Source of the DNA: Alphaproteobacteria bacterium
GTDB taxonomy: Bacteria; Pseudomonadota; Alphaproteobacteria; UBA828
Reading direction: 5' to 3'
Length of the DNA: 64,000 nt
NCBI GenBank assembly: GCA_965214705.1
Contig: OZ243972.1
Coordinates: 1,120,001 to 1,184,000 of the forward strand
Shown here piece by piece: positions 48,193 through 58,997 of the stretch. Numbering within the stretch: the stretch's first letter is position 1; each line of letters starts with the position of its first letter. The position numbers were made by a program, and so were the translations under genes. The notes below the pieces were generated by a model that did not search any database, had not been told where the DNA came from, and saw only the letters and a program-made list of their open reading frames with translations.

Positions 48193-50106
48193 ATGACCAG
48201 CCGCTACGACGATATCTATGCACGCTCGCTCGCAGAGCCCGAGGCCTTCTGGGCCGAGGCCGCCGAGGGCATCGACTGGGAGAAGCGGTGGGACCGCGTG
48301 CTGGACGATTCCCGGCCGCCCTTCCTCCGCTGGTTTGTCGGCGCCGAGGTCAACACCTGCCACAACGCCCTGGATCGCCACGTGGCCGCCGGCCGCGGCG
48401 CCCAGACGGCACTGATCTACGACAGCCCCGTCACCGATACCGTGCGCAGCTTCAGCTACGCCGAGCTGCAGGCTCTCACCGCGCGCTTCGCCGGCGCGCT
48501 CGCGGCGCGGGGCGTGGGCCGGGGCGACCGCGTGGTGCTCTACATGCCGATGGTCCCGGAGGCCGCCGTCGCCATGCTGGGCTGCGCCCGCATCGGCGCG
48601 GTCCATTCCGTGGTATTCGGCGGCTTCGCGGCGAACGAGCTCGCGACCAGGATCGACGACGCCAAGCCCAAGGTCATCGTCTGCGGCTCCTGCGGCATCG
48701 AGGTGGACCGCGTCATTGCTTACAAGCCTCTGCTCGACGCCGCGATCGACCTCGCCAGCCACAAGCCCGAGTGCTGCATCGTCCTGCAACGGCCCGAGCT
48801 TGAGGCGCCGCTCACGGCTGGCCGCGACGAGACCTGGGCCGACGCGATGGCCGGGGCCGAGCCGGCGGACTACGTGCCCGTCGCCGCCACCGACCCGCTC
48901 TATATCCTCTACACCTCCGGCACCACCGGCGATCCCAAGGGCATCGTGCGCGACAACGGCGGGCATCTGGTCGCGCTCCATTGGACCATGAGCGGCGTCT
49001 ACGACCGAAAGCCCGGCCAGGTGTGGTGGGCGGCGTCGGATATCGGCTGGGTGGTCGGCCACTCCTATATCGTCTACGCGCCGCTGATCTATGGTTGCCC
49101 GTCGATCCTCTACGAGGGCAAGCCGGTTGGCACGCCTGATGCCGGAGCCTATTGGCGGGTCATCTCGCAGCACGGCGTGAGCGCCATGTTCACGGCGCCG
49201 ACGGCGTTCCGCGCGATCAAGCGGGACGATCCCGATGCGGCCCGCCTCGCCGACTACGACATCTCCTGCTTCGACACGCTCTACCTCGCCGGCGAGCGGA
49301 CCGACCCCGACACCCTCGCCTGGGCCGAGAACCATCTTGAGCGCCCGGTCTACGACCACTGGTGGCAGACCGAGTCCGGCTGGCCCATGGGCGCCAACTG
49401 CACGGGCCTCGGCGCGCTGCCGGTAAAGCCCGGCTCGCCCACCAAGCCTGTGCCGGGCTATCGCATCGAGGTGGTGGACGAGGAGGGCGCGCAGGTGCCG
49501 GCGGGCGGCATCGGCTCGATCGTGGTCAAGCTGCCGTTGCCGCCCGGCTTCACGCCGACGCTTTGGAACAACGACAAGCGCTTCGAGGAGGCCTACTTCA
49601 CGCGCTTCCCTGGCTATTACCTGACCGGCGACGCCGGCGTTCTCGACGAGGACGGCTATCTCTGGATCATGAGCCGCACCGACGACATCATCAACGTCGC
49701 GGGCCACCGGCTCTCCACCGGGGCGATGGAAGAGGTGCTGGCGGCGCACCAGGACGTGGCGGAATGCGCCGTGGTCGGCGTCGCCGACGCGCTGAAGGGG
49801 CAGCTACCATTGGGTTTCGTCGTGCTCAAGGCGGGCGTCAACCGGCCGTCGGACGAGATCGTGGTGGAGCTGGTGCGCATGGTGCGCGAGACCATCGGCC
49901 CGGTCGCCGCTTTCAAGCAGGCGGTCGTGGTGGAGCGGCTGCCCAAGACCCGCTCAGGCAAGATTCTGCGCGGCACCATGGCGAAGATCGCCGACGGCGA
50001 AGAGTACAAGACCCCGGCGACCATCGACGACCCGGCGATCCTGGGCGAGATCGCCGACGCGGTTCGCCCGATCGGCTACGGCGGTGGCGTGCCGGCTGGA
50101 GACTAA
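48193..50106 (+). CDS. prpE: Propionyl-CoA synthetase
   Basis: YILYTSGTTGDPKG.VRDNGGH, DHWWQTE and LPKTRSGKILR. Confidence 0.88.
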   Translation: MTSRYDDIYARSLAEPEAFWAEAAEGIDWEKRWDRVLDDSRPPFLRWFVGAEVNTCHNALDRHVAAGRGAQTALIYDSPVTDTVRSFSYAELQALTARFAGALAARGVGRGDRVVLYMPMVPEAAVAMLGCARIGAVHSVVFGGFAANELATRIDDAKPKVIVCGSCGIEVDRVIAYKPLLDAAIDLASHKPECCIVLQRPELEAPLTAGRDETWADAMAGAEPADYVPVAATDPLYILYTSGTTGDPKGIVRDNGGHLVALHWTMSGVYDRKPGQVWWAASDIGWVVGHSYIVYAPLIYGCPSILYEGKPVGTPDAGAYWRVISQHGVSAMFTAPTAFRAIKRDDPDAARLADYDISCFDTLYLAGERTDPDTLAWAENHLERPVYDHWWQTESGWPMGANCTGLGALPVKPGSPTKPVPGYRIEVVDEEGAQVPAGGIGSIVVKLPLPPGFTPTLWNNDKRFEEAYFTRFPGYYLTGDAGVLDEDGYLWIMSRTDDIINVAGHRLSTGAMEEVLAAHQDVAECAVVGVADALKGQLPLGFVVLKAGVNRPSDEIVVELVRMVRETIGPVAAFKQAVVVERLPKTRSGKILRGTMAKIADGEEYKTPATIDDPAILGEIADAVRPIGYGGGVPAGD

Positions 50107-50666
50107 GCCAGCTCAGGCGCCGGTGAGAGAAATGTGAGCGTGGTTCTGCCGTAGCGGCGCTGGTCTTGCACCGTGAGCGTCGCCGGTGGCTCGAAGGGAT
50201 CGTCCACCCCGTGCTCAACCACGACGGTCGCCTCATCGTCCAGCCAGCCGCCTTCCACCAGCGCGCCGAGCGCCGGCGTCGCGAGGCCGGAGCGATAGGG
50301 CGGATCCAGCAGAGCGAGATGGCAGACCGTGGCCGCCGGCGGCAGGCGGGTCGCGTCGCCGGCGACGACAGTGGCTCGGTCGGCGCAACCCAGGGCCTCG
50401 ATGTTGGCGCGGAGCACCCCGCGCACGTCGGCCTCGCTTTCGACGGCGGTCAGCGCCGCCGCGCCGCGGGAGAGCGCCTCCAGGCCGAGCGCACCGGTGC
50501 CCGCGAAGAGATCGACGACATGGGCACCCTCGAGCGGCCTCGCCATTCCGCCGTGCAGCAGGATGTCGAAGAGGGACTCGCGCACTCTCTCCCCGGTCGG
50601 GCGCACGCGCACGCCGGCCGGCGCCCGCAGCCTGCGGCCGCTCAGGCTACCGCCGACGATCCGCAC
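50103..50666 (-). CDS. rsmD: 16S rRNA m2G966 methyltransferase
   Basis: RIVGG, RPTGERVRESLF, DLFAGTGALGLEALSRGA and DPPY. Confidence 0.92.
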   Translation of the reverse strand: MRIVGGSLSGRRLRAPAGVRVRPTGERVRESLFDILLHGGMARPLEGAHVVDLFAGTGALGLEALSRGAAALTAVESEADVRGVLRANIEALGCADRATVVAGDATRLPPAATVCHLALLDPPYRSGLATPALGALVEGGWLDDEATVVVEHGVDDPFEPPATLTVQDQRRYGRTTLTFLSPAPELA

Positions 50667-51426
50667 GCGCCGGCCCTCGCTTGCCGCCGAGCTGGTCGCG
50701 GAGCACGCGCGGCGGCACTTCTGCGATCTCTCCACGCGCAAGCCCGCCCAACTGGAAGGGCCCGTAGGCCGTGCGGATGAGGCGGCTCACGGGCAGGCCG
50801 AGGTGCGCGAGCACGATGCGGATTTCCCGGTTGCGGCCCTCGGCGAGCGCGACGGTGAGCCAGGCATTCTGCCGGTTCTGGCGATCGAAGCGCGCCTCGA
50901 TGGGTCCGTAGCGGACGCCATCCACGGTAGTTCCCTGCCCCAGGGCGGCGAGCGCGCCTTCATCAGGCGCACCCCGCACCCGCACCCGATAGCGCCGCCG
51001 CCAGCCTCGCGACGGATGCTCCAGCTCGCGGGCGAGCGCGCCGTCGTTGGTCAGCAACAGCAGCCCCTCGGAGTTGAAGTCGAGCCGCCCCACGGAGACG
51101 ACGTAGCCGAGCCGGTCTGCCACCTTGTCAAATACCGTCGAGCGGCCCTGCTGGTCGCGGTGGGTGGTAATGAGACCCGGCGGCTTGTGGTAGCGCCACA
51201 GTCGGGCGGGTGCGGGCGCCGGCAAGGGCGCGCCATCCACGGTGATGATGCTGGACTCATCGACGGTGGTCGCCGGGTCGGACACGACCGTGCCCCCGAG
51301 CGCGACCCGGCCAGCGGCGATCAGCCGCTCGGCGTCGCGGCGTGAGCAGAGCCCCGCCCGGGCGATCCGCTTGGCGATCCGCTCGCCACGCCGGGCTGCT
51401 TCCGATCGCGGCCGCTCAGCCGCCAT
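50647..51426 (-). CDS. rluB: 23S rRNA pseudouridine synthase (RluB/RsuA family)
   Basis: S4 domain (RAGLCSRRDAE), VGRLDFNSEGLLLLTNDG and EGRNREIR. Confidence 0.85.
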   Translation of the reverse strand: MAAERPRSEAARRGERIAKRIARAGLCSRRDAERLIAAGRVALGGTVVSDPATTVDESSIITVDGAPLPAPAPARLWRYHKPPGLITTHRDQQGRSTVFDKVADRLGYVVSVGRLDFNSEGLLLLTNDGALARELEHPSRGWRRRYRVRVRGAPDEGALAALGQGTTVDGVRYGPIEARFDRQNRQNAWLTVALAEGRNREIRIVLAHLGLPVSRLIRTAYGPFQLGGLARGEIAEVPPRVLRDQLGGKRGPARADRRR

Positions 51427-51699
51427 GCCGCCATCCTGCATCGTGAGAGAGAACCGTGCCGCGCCTTGCACGCGCGACACGACCCGGTACCAGAGGGCCG
51501 ATTATCGTGGCACGAGGCGCGGGAGCGATCCAGCAAGCGGGGCCTAATTTGTTTGCGCGGGCCGGGGTCTCGCTCTACTGTCACCATCCGGCCCCGAACC
51601 AGACGGCATCGCCTGCCTTTGCGGCCTTGATGGCGAGTGGAGTCCGCGTGCCGTCGCAAAGGAGCGGGCCGGAACCGCGAACAAGGCGCGGAGGGGAAT

Positions 51700-52368
51700 A
51701 TGTTCCGACGCAAAAGCGGGGATCAGGAAGAGGACAGTCGGGCTCAAGAGGGCGCCGAGGAGCGCCTCGCACCCAGCGTCGTCGTGGAATCGTCGCGACG
51801 CAATGTGCCGAACAAGACCGTCGTCTTTCACCCGGATGTGCCGCGCGGCGCACCCGATCCCGTGCCGGCGGATGCGCCGGGACGTGTGGAGAGCGACCCC
51901 AAGCGGCTCACCGTCGGGCGGGAGACGACCATCAGCGGCGGTACGGTGCTCGATTGCGAGCGCCTGACGGTCGAGGGCACGGTCGAAGCCTCGATGCCGG
52001 ATGGACGCCTGCTCGAGATCGTGAAGGGCGGCACCTTCAAGGGCACCGTGACGGTGGACAATGCCGATATCGCCGGGGCGTTCGAGGGTGAGCTCAAGGT
52101 GAAGAAGCGGCTCTTCATCAGGGCGTCGGGCCGCGTTTCGGGCAAGATTCGCTATGGCCAGTTCGAGGTCGAGCGCGGCGGCCGCCTCGACGGCCGCCTC
52201 GAATACGACCCGGCGGACCGGGAGGCGGACCTGCAGCCCGTGGCGATGCCGCCGTCCGCCGACGCCCAAGAGCCGTCGGAGGAGGCTTCCGAACCCGACC
52301 AGTTGGAGTTGAGTTCGAGCCCAGTCGAGCTTCCGTCCGTTGCCGCGTCCAAGCTGCGCGCTGACTAA
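51700..52368 (+). CDS. Bactofilin (polymer-forming cytoskeletal protein)
   Basis: RLTVG..ISG...C.RLTVEG.VE and G.FEGEL.V..RL.IRASGRVSG.IRY. Confidence 0.85.
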   Translation: MFRRKSGDQEEDSRAQEGAEERLAPSVVVESSRRNVPNKTVVFHPDVPRGAPDPVPADAPGRVESDPKRLTVGRETTISGGTVLDCERLTVEGTVEASMPDGRLLEIVKGGTFKGTVTVDNADIAGAFEGELKVKKRLFIRASGRVSGKIRYGQFEVERGGRLDGRLEYDPADREADLQPVAMPPSADAQEPSEEASEPDQLELSSSPVELPSVAASKLRAD

Positions 52369-52514
52369 AGCGTTTCTATTTCACACGGAAACGCTTTAGC
52401 AATTTGTCGCTCACGGCAGCCGGCCTTCGGCCGGTGCCTCCGCGAGGGCGCCGCATAAGCGGCGGGCCGCAGTCGCGGCCTGTCGCGCGTCCGTCCAAGA
52501 CCGACGCGCTCTAA
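52365..52514. repeat. Palindromic RIME/REP-like element between convergent genes
   Basis: 12-bp perfect IR ctaaagcgtttc/gaaacgctttag (52365-52399), then GC hairpins (gccggcc-ttc-ggccggt), ending in gacgcgctcta. Confidence 0.55.
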
Positions 52515-53143
52515 GCCGTCTTTCCCTTATAGCGGCAGAGGTCGCGAACGACGCAGGCCGGGCAGTCCGGCGTCCTTGCCTTGCAGACATAGCGGCCGTG
52601 CAGGATCAGCCAATGGTGCGCGTGCTGCTTGAAGCGGTCGGGTACGACTTTGTTCAGGCCGTCTTCTACCGCGCGCGGCGTCTTCCCTGGCGCTAGGCCG
52701 CTGCGGTTTGCGAGCCGAAATATGTGGGTATCGACCGCGATGGTGGGCTCGCCGAAGACGGTGTTGAGCACCACGTTCGCGGTCTTGCGGCCGACGCCGG
52801 GGAGAGCCTCGAGCGCCGCCCGGTCGCTCGGCACGGCGCCGCCGTGTTCTTCGACCAACGCCTGGCTTAGCGCGATCACGTTCTTGGCTTTCATGTTGTA
52901 GAGGCCGATGGTCTTGATGTGCTCCTTGAGCCGCGCTTCGCCGAGGGCGACCATCTCCGCCGGCGTCTCGACCTCCTCGAAGAGCGACCTGGTGGCCTTG
53001 TTGACGCCCTTGTCGGTCGCCTGCGCAGACAGCACCACGGCGACCAGCAGCGTGTAGGGGTTTCGGTAGTTGAGCTCGGTGGTCGGCGCCTCGATGCACG
53101 CGGCGAGGCGTTCGAAGAATTCGGTGACCGCTGCCTTTTTCAT
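52511..53143 (-). CDS. nth: Endonuclease III
   Basis: LVAVVLSAQATD, LPGVGRKTANVV, AVDTH and C-x6-C-x2-C-x5-C FeS motif. Confidence 0.95.
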   Translation of the reverse strand: MKKAAVTEFFERLAACIEAPTTELNYRNPYTLLVAVVLSAQATDKGVNKATRSLFEEVETPAEMVALGEARLKEHIKTIGLYNMKAKNVIALSQALVEEHGGAVPSDRAALEALPGVGRKTANVVLNTVFGEPTIAVDTHIFRLANRSGLAPGKTPRAVEDGLNKVVPDRFKQHAHHWLILHGRYVCKARTPDCPACVVRDLCRYKGKTA

Positions 53144-53276
53144 GGCGCACGGAGAGTAACCCGCCGCGCAGCCGGGGCAAGGGGGAGGGCCGATCGCGGA
53201 AATTCGCCGAACGCCCGGCATACCTCCTTCCAGCGACAGGCATAATCCCGTACTCTAGAGCGCGACAGGGGCCCGC

Positions 53277-53331
53277 TTGACAAGCGGTGCGAACTAAACT
53301 AGAACATATGCAGACGGTTCCCCTTTTGTTC
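53277..53331 (+). promoter_or_regulatory. lexA promoter with two alphaproteobacterial SOS boxes
   Basis: TTGACA at 53277; GAAC-taaacta-GAAC at 53291-53305 and GTTC-ccctttt-GTTC at 53317-53331. Confidence 0.88.
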
Positions 53332-53350
53332 GATTTCGCGGAGTTTGCCG

Positions 53351-54058
53351 ATGCTGACCAGGAAACAAAAGGAACTCCTGCTTTTTATCGATTCCTATCT
53401 TGATCAACGCGGCATCGCTCCTTCGTTCGAGGAAATGAAGGAAGCGGTCAATCTCAAGTCCAAGTCCGGTATTCACAGGCTCGTCAAGGCGCTTGAGGAG
53501 CGCGGATTCCTGCGACGATTGCCGCATCGGGCGCGGGCGCTGGAAGTATTGAGGCCGCCACCCTCTCGCGTTGCCGAGGTGCCGGAGCGGCAGCCGAGCC
53601 GGCGCTTCCGGCCGAGTGTCATCAAGGGCGATTTCCGCTCCGGGCGGGGCACCGAGCGCCCATCCGACGATCGGGCCACTGTTGCGCTGCCGCTCTACGG
53701 CCGCATTGCCGCCGGCACGCCGATCGAGGCATTGCGCGACGAGACCAACCAGATCGACGTTCCCGGCGGGATGCTGGGGGCAGGTGAGCATTACGCCCTC
53801 GAAGTCGACGGCGATTCGATGATCGACGCCGGAATTCTGGATGGCGACACCGCCGTGATCGAGCGCTGCGAGACCGCCGAGAGCGGCGACATTGTCGTGG
53901 CTCTGGTGGATGATAGCGAAGTCACGCTCAAGCGGCTGCGGCAGAAGGGCGAGTCGATCGCGCTGGAGCCCGCGAACACGCGCTACGAGACGCGGATTTT
54001 CGGTCCCGGCCGGGTCAAGGTGCAGGGGCGACTCAAGGGCATCCTCCGCAACTACTGA
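53351..54058 (+). CDS. lexA: SOS repressor LexA
   Basis: MLTRKQ, PSFEEM...[14 protein letters not shown] cleavage site, GDSM and TLKR. Confidence 0.96.
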   Translation: MLTRKQKELLLFIDSYLDQRGIAPSFEEMKEAVNLKSKSGIHRLVKALEERGFLRRLPHRARALEVLRPPPSRVAEVPERQPSRRFRPSVIKGDFRSGRGTERPSDDRATVALPLYGRIAAGTPIEALRDETNQIDVPGGMLGAGEHYALEVDGDSMIDAGILDGDTAVIERCETAESGDIVVALVDDSEVTLKRLRQKGESIALEPANTRYETRIFGPGRVKVQGRLKGILRNY

Positions 54059-54062
54059 GCCT

Positions 54063-56171
54063 TTAGCGCGCGGGCGCACGCCGAGCGGTCCACGGCCGCT
54101 CACCGCGCGTTCCTGCAACGCTTCCGACGCGGGCGTGGTCTCCGTCCAACCATATGGCGTGGCTGCCGCCGCGCCAAAGGTCGAACCTGTCCACCACCGT
54201 CTCGGGACCTTCGCACAGACCCCAGGCGGGAACCGTGCTGACCACGAGGTCGGCGCGGCTGCAGTCCTCCTCGAACGCGCGCGGATCGCGCACGAACGCG
54301 ATTATCTTTTCGCCGCGCCGCTGAATGCATCCCAGCGTATCGCAGCGAATCCCAGCGGCTGGTACGCCCTTGCCGCCTCGCGGCCAGGTGGGCGCTTCTG
54401 CCTGCCCGTCCCGCCTCAGCCACACGTCGCTCACGAAGCGCCCGCGCTGACGGGTCGAAATCCAGAGTCGTCCATCCTCGCCGCGCGTTGCCATCACGCG
54501 GGCGTCGCCATCAATCAGGATGTCCGGCCGTCGCTCCAGGGCGGCAAGCACGATCCCGCCGCCGATCACGACGATCCCGAGGAAGCGCCAGCGGCTGCGC
54601 CAGAGGCAGAGCCACAATCCGCCGACCGAGATCGCGAGCAAGGCCGCTGCCGGCATCGCCGGAACGAGGCTGACCGCACCCGGCTGCGCTGCGACCTGGC
54701 GCGCGATCCAGACCACCGCGTCGATTCCCCAGCCCATCGGGGCGAGGGCAATCCCTTCGAGCCCGAACGGCATCAGGATGAGCGCAACCAGCCCCCAGGG
54801 CATGATCCAGAAGCCGGTGATCGGCACCGCGCCGAGATTGGCGAGTAGCCCGTAGTCCGCGATGCGGTTGAAGTGGTAGACCGCGAAAGGGCCGGTGGCG
54901 ATGCCAGCCACCAGGGAGGTGAGCGTGACGCCGGCCGCGTAGACCACGGGACGGAGCACGAGGCCGCCGCGTGCCACCATTCGGGCCAAGGTGCCCCGCG
55001 CCGCCTCGTAGGTCGCGATCAGGGCGGTGGCTGCGGCGAAGGACATCTGAAAGCTCGGCCCGAGCATGCTTTCGGGCGCGATTGCGAGCACCAACAGCGC
55101 AGCCCAGGCGATCAGCCGTATGGAAAGGCTCGCCCGGTCCAGCATGATCGCGACCAGCACGACGCCCACCATGACGAAGGCCCGCTGGGTCGGCACGCTC
55201 ATGCCAGAGAGCAGCAGGTATGCCGCCGCACCCAGCAGGGCGCAGGCCGCAGCCCATTTCTTGATCGGCGCTCTGAGGGCCAGCGGTTCGACCAGCGCCA
55301 GGAGCCCCCGCGTGGCAAAGAAAATGAATCCGGCGATCAGGCCGACGTGGAGCCCGGAAATCGCCAACAGGTGCGCAAGGCCGGCATCCCGCATCGCCTT
55401 GAGCGCGGTCTTCTCGATGGCGCTGCGGTCGCCGGTGAGCAGCGCCGCCGCGAACGGCCCCGCCGAGGGCGACGTGTGCGCGAGGATCCGCGAGGAGACC
55501 CAATAGCGGACCCTCGACAGCAGCGAGAGCAGGCCGCCGCTTTCACCTTCAGGGGCGGCCATCGGCTCGGGCGCGCCGTAGACGAAGCCGACCGCGCCGA
55601 TGCGCTGGAACCACGCCCGCCGCGCAAAGTCCCACGCACCCGGCTCCGCCGGCGTCGGCGGCGGCCGTAACGAGGCCAGCGCGCTCAGCCACGTCCCGGG
55701 CGAGGCCAGCCCGTCGGCGCCCGTGCGCCGCACGCTGAGGCGCACTTTCGCGGGCGTCTCCGCCGGGGCCAAGCCTTCGATCGTCACGCGATCGAGGAGG
55801 TAGCGCTGCGGACCGTCGCCGGCCCCTACCCAGACCACGCGCCCGGAGACGTCGACCGGGCCGGTGGGGTCCGTGAGCACCGGCGCGCTGACCCGGTCGG
55901 AGCGCCAGTCGGCGCAGGCGATGCCGGCAGCGAGAAGCGCCAGCGCCGCGAGCCCGAGGGCCGGTGCCGCGTGCCGGCGCATGAGCAGCGCGGCGACGGT
56001 GAGGAGCCCGGCCGCCGCTGGCGAGACCCAGCCGATCGGCTCCACCGGCAGCGTAAGGTAGAGGCCGCTGCCCGCGCCGAAGAGGACCGGCACCCAGAGG
56101 AACACGCGGCGACGCTCGGCGGCCCATACCGCGTCGAGATGGATGCGCAGGCCCGCCGCGCGCCTCAGCAC
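54063..56171 (-). CDS. comEC: ComEC/Rec2 competence protein
   Basis: [20 protein letters not shown] and SFQMSF. Confidence 0.9.
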   Translation of the reverse strand: MLRRAAGLRIHLDAVWAAERRRVFLWVPVLFGAGSGLYLTLPVEPIGWVSPAAAGLLTVAALLMRRHAAPALGLAALALLAAGIACADWRSDRVSAPVLTDPTGPVDVSGRVVWVGAGDGPQRYLLDRVTIEGLAPAETPAKVRLSVRRTGADGLASPGTWLSALASLRPPPTPAEPGAWDFARRAWFQRIGAVGFVYGAPEPMAAPEGESGGLLSLLSRVRYWVSSRILAHTSPSAGPFAAALLTGDRSAIEKTALKAMRDAGLAHLLAISGLHVGLIAGFIFFATRGLLALVEPLALRAPIKKWAAACALLGAAAYLLLSGMSVPTQRAFVMVGVVLVAIMLDRASLSIRLIAWAALLVLAIAPESMLGPSFQMSFAAATALIATYEAARGTLARMVARGGLVLRPVVYAAGVTLTSLVAGIATGPFAVYHFNRIADYGLLANLGAVPITGFWIMPWGLVALILMPFGLEGIALAPMGWGIDAVVWIARQVAAQPGAVSLVPAMPAAALLAISVGGLWLCLWRSRWRFLGIVVIGGGIVLAALERRPDILIDGDARVMATRGEDGRLWISTRQRGRFVSDVWLRRDGQAEAPTWPRGGKGVPAAGIRCDTLGCIQRRGEKIIAFVRDPRAFEEDCSRADLVVSTVPAWGLCEGPETVVDRFDLWRGGSHAIWLDGDHARVGSVAGTRGERPWTARRAPAR

Positions 56172-56299
56172 GTGGGCGACATCCTGTGGCCATGCGGCCG
56201 GTGGCCGGCCGGTCGCCTGTCGTCGGGCGATATGCTAAACGCTCGACCGTTCAGACCCGTGGCGAACGGCCGGGTCGTCTGCCGGGGGTGAGACCGCAC

Positions 56300-57709
56300 A
56301 TGAGCGTCGTCACGCGCTTCGCGCCGTCGCCGACCGGCATGCTGCACCTCGGCGGCGCGCGCACCGCCCTCTTCAACTGGCTTTACGCGCGCCATCACGG
56401 CGGCACCTTCCGGCTGCGGCTGGAGGACACCGACCGCAAGCGCTCAACGCCCGAGGCGATCGCCGCGATCGTCGACGGGCTCACCTGGCTCGGTCTCGAC
56501 TGGGACGGTGAGATCGTGCACCAGTCCGAACAGCGCCAGCGCCACGCTGACGTCGCGTATGACCTGCTCGCGGCTGGCGGGGCCTACCGCTGCTACTGCA
56601 CGCCGGAGGAGCTGGAGACCATGCGCGCCGAGGCCCGTGCCGCCGGTCGCGCAGCTCTCTACGACGGGCGCTGGCGGGACCGCGACCCGGCGGAGGCGCC
56701 GCCCGGCATCGATCCCGTAATCCGCTTTCGGGCACCGCAGGAAGGGGAAACACTGATATCGGACTTAGTACAATGTAATATCGAAATAGATAACACAACT
56801 CTCGACGATATGGTACTGCTGCGCGCCGACGGCACGCCGACCTACATGCTCTCGGTGGTGGTGGACGACCACGACATGGGGATCACCCATGCCATCCGGG
56901 GCGACGACCACCTGACCAACGCCTTTCGCCAGACTCAGCTCTTCCGCGCCCTCGGCTGGGAGCCGCCGGCCTACGCCCACATTCCGCTGATCCACGGCCC
57001 CGACGGCGCGAAGCTCTCCAAGCGCCACGGCGCGATCGCCGTCGGCGCCTATGCCGAGCTCGGCATCCTGCCCGCAGCCATGCGCAATGCGCTGCTCAGG
57101 CTTGGCTGGAGCCACGGCGATGACGAGATCATCGATACCGCCCAGGCCGTCGCTTGGTTCGACCTCGACACAGTGAACCGAGGCGCGGCGCGCTTCGACA
57201 TGCAGAAGCTGCAGAGCCTCAACGGCCATTACATCCGCGAGAGCGCCGATGCGGACCTGCTGGCCGATGTCGAGCAAAGGCTCGCCGCGCGCTATCCGGC
57301 GGCCGCCACGGACGAGGGACGGCGGCGGATCGCGGCCCTGCTGCCGGAGGCTAAGGCGCGAGCGAAGACGCTGGTCGAGCTCGCGGACAAACTGGCGTTC
57401 CTGGTTTGCGACCGGCCCCTGGAGATGACGCCCAAGGCGGCTCGGTTGCTCGGCGACGATGGTAGCGAAGCGAGGGCCCGCATCGCGCGTCTGAACGCCG
57501 CCCTGCAGGACAATGCGACTTGGGGCGAGGCGCACCTCGAAGCCGCCGTGCGCGGCTTTGCCGAGGGCGAAGGCGTCGGGTTGGGGAAGATCGCCCAGCC
57601 GTTGCGTGCGGCGTTGACAGGCGCGCACGCGTCACCCGGAATCTTCGCCGTGATGGCCGCGCTCGGCCGGGAGGAGACGCTGGCCCGCCTTGCGGACGCT
57701 GGGGGCTAA
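56300..57709 (+). CDS. gltX: Glutamate--tRNA ligase
   Basis: [18 protein letters not shown] and KLSKR. Confidence 0.95.
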   Translation: MSVVTRFAPSPTGMLHLGGARTALFNWLYARHHGGTFRLRLEDTDRKRSTPEAIAAIVDGLTWLGLDWDGEIVHQSEQRQRHADVAYDLLAAGGAYRCYCTPEELETMRAEARAAGRAALYDGRWRDRDPAEAPPGIDPVIRFRAPQEGETLISDLVQCNIEIDNTTLDDMVLLRADGTPTYMLSVVVDDHDMGITHAIRGDDHLTNAFRQTQLFRALGWEPPAYAHIPLIHGPDGAKLSKRHGAIAVGAYAELGILPAAMRNALLRLGWSHGDDEIIDTAQAVAWFDLDTVNRGAARFDMQKLQSLNGHYIRESADADLLADVEQRLAARYPAAATDEGRRRIAALLPEAKARAKTLVELADKLAFLVCDRPLEMTPKAARLLGDDGSEARARIARLNAALQDNATWGEAHLEAAVRGFAEGEGVGLGKIAQPLRAALTGAHASPGIFAVMAALGREETLARLADAGG

Positions 57710-57723
57710 GGGAGAAGCGAACG

Positions 57724-58977
57724 ATGACAGACGAGCGGGTCGACCTCGCGATCACGAACGCCCATCTCTGGCGGGAGGACGCGCCGCGCGATCTCTTCGT
57801 CAAGGGCGGCCGTTTCGTAGCTGCGCCCTCGGGCGGTGCAGCCGCGGCCGAGCGCACCATCGATGCCGGCGGCCGCCTCTGCGTGGCGGGCTTCTTGGAG
57901 CCGCACATCCACCTCGACAAGGCGCAGATCAACGACGATGTCAGGCCCAACCGCTCCGGCACCCTCGACGAGGCCATCGAGATCATCTGGGCGCGCAAGC
58001 GGTCCTACACCGTAGAGGAGATCACCGCGCGCGCGGTGCGCACCATCCGCGCAGCCGTCGCCTGCGGGGTCACCCGCTTCCGCAGCCATGTCGATGTAGA
58101 CAGCATCGGCGGCCTTCGCCCGCTCGAAGGCGTGGTCGAAGCGCGCGAGCGCACCCGTGACGTCGCGGATGTGCAGATCGTTGCCTTCCCGCAGGAAGGC
58201 ATCTTCGAGGACAAGGGCACCGACGATCTCATGTGGAAGGCGATGGAGGCTGGCGCCGATCTGGTGGGTGGCATGCCCTTCAACGAGAAATCACCTGCCG
58301 ACAGCGCTCGCCATATCGCACTTGCCTTCGAGATCGCGAGGCACCACGACGCCGACATCGACATGCACGTGGACGAGACCGACGACCCAAACGCCAGGAC
58401 GCTCGAAGTTCTGGCTGAGCAGACCATGCAGCACGGCTGGCAGGGGCGCGTCACCGCCGGCCACACCTGCGCGCTGGCGGGCTATGAGGAGGACTACGCC
58501 AACCGTGTCATCGGGCTGGTGCGCGAGGCCGGCATCCACATGATCGTGAACCCGGCGACCAACCTCATGCTCCAGGGGCGGGGCGATGCGCAGCCCAAGC
58601 GGCGCGGCATCACCCGCGTGAAGGAGCTGCTGGAGGCCGGCGTCAACGTCTCCTGCGGGCAGGACTGTATCCGCGATACCTTCTATCCCTTTGGGCTGGG
58701 CGACCCGCTGGAGGTGATGTTCCTCACGAGCCACGCCGCGCACATGAGCCGCCCGCACGAGATCGAGACGGTCTTCGACATGCAGACCGGCGCCGCCGCG
58801 CGCACCATGGGGCTCGACGACTACGGCGCGGAACCCGGCTGCGTCGCCGATCTGGTGATCATCGACGCGGCCGATCCGCTGGAGGCGCTGACCAGGCGGG
58901 CGGACCGCACCCACGTCATCAAGCGCGGCCGGGTCGTCGCCGAGACCGTGACCCAGCGGCGCACGGCCTGGTCCTGA
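57724..58977 (+). CDS. Cytosine deaminase-like metal-dependent amidohydrolase
   Basis: [32 protein letters not shown] and GQDC..D.FYP.G. Confidence 0.88.
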   Translation: MTDERVDLAITNAHLWREDAPRDLFVKGGRFVAAPSGGAAAAERTIDAGGRLCVAGFLEPHIHLDKAQINDDVRPNRSGTLDEAIEIIWARKRSYTVEEITARAVRTIRAAVACGVTRFRSHVDVDSIGGLRPLEGVVEARERTRDVADVQIVAFPQEGIFEDKGTDDLMWKAMEAGADLVGGMPFNEKSPADSARHIALAFEIARHHDADIDMHVDETDDPNARTLEVLAEQTMQHGWQGRVTAGHTCALAGYEEDYANRVIGLVREAGIHMIVNPATNLMLQGRGDAQPKRRGITRVKELLEAGVNVSCGQDCIRDTFYPFGLGDPLEVMFLTSHAAHMSRPHEIETVFDMQTGAAARTMGLDDYGAEPGCVADLVIIDAADPLEALTRRADRTHVIKRGRVVAETVTQRRTAWS

Positions 58978-58997
58978 GAGCTGCGAGGGAGAGAGGC

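Noticed and set aside
17430-53190. KOPS (GGGNAGGG) polarity as support for the dif-like site
   Set aside because: The few copies I spotted (about 17435 minus, 28624 plus, 50933 minus, 53182 plus) are split in orientation and uninformative.
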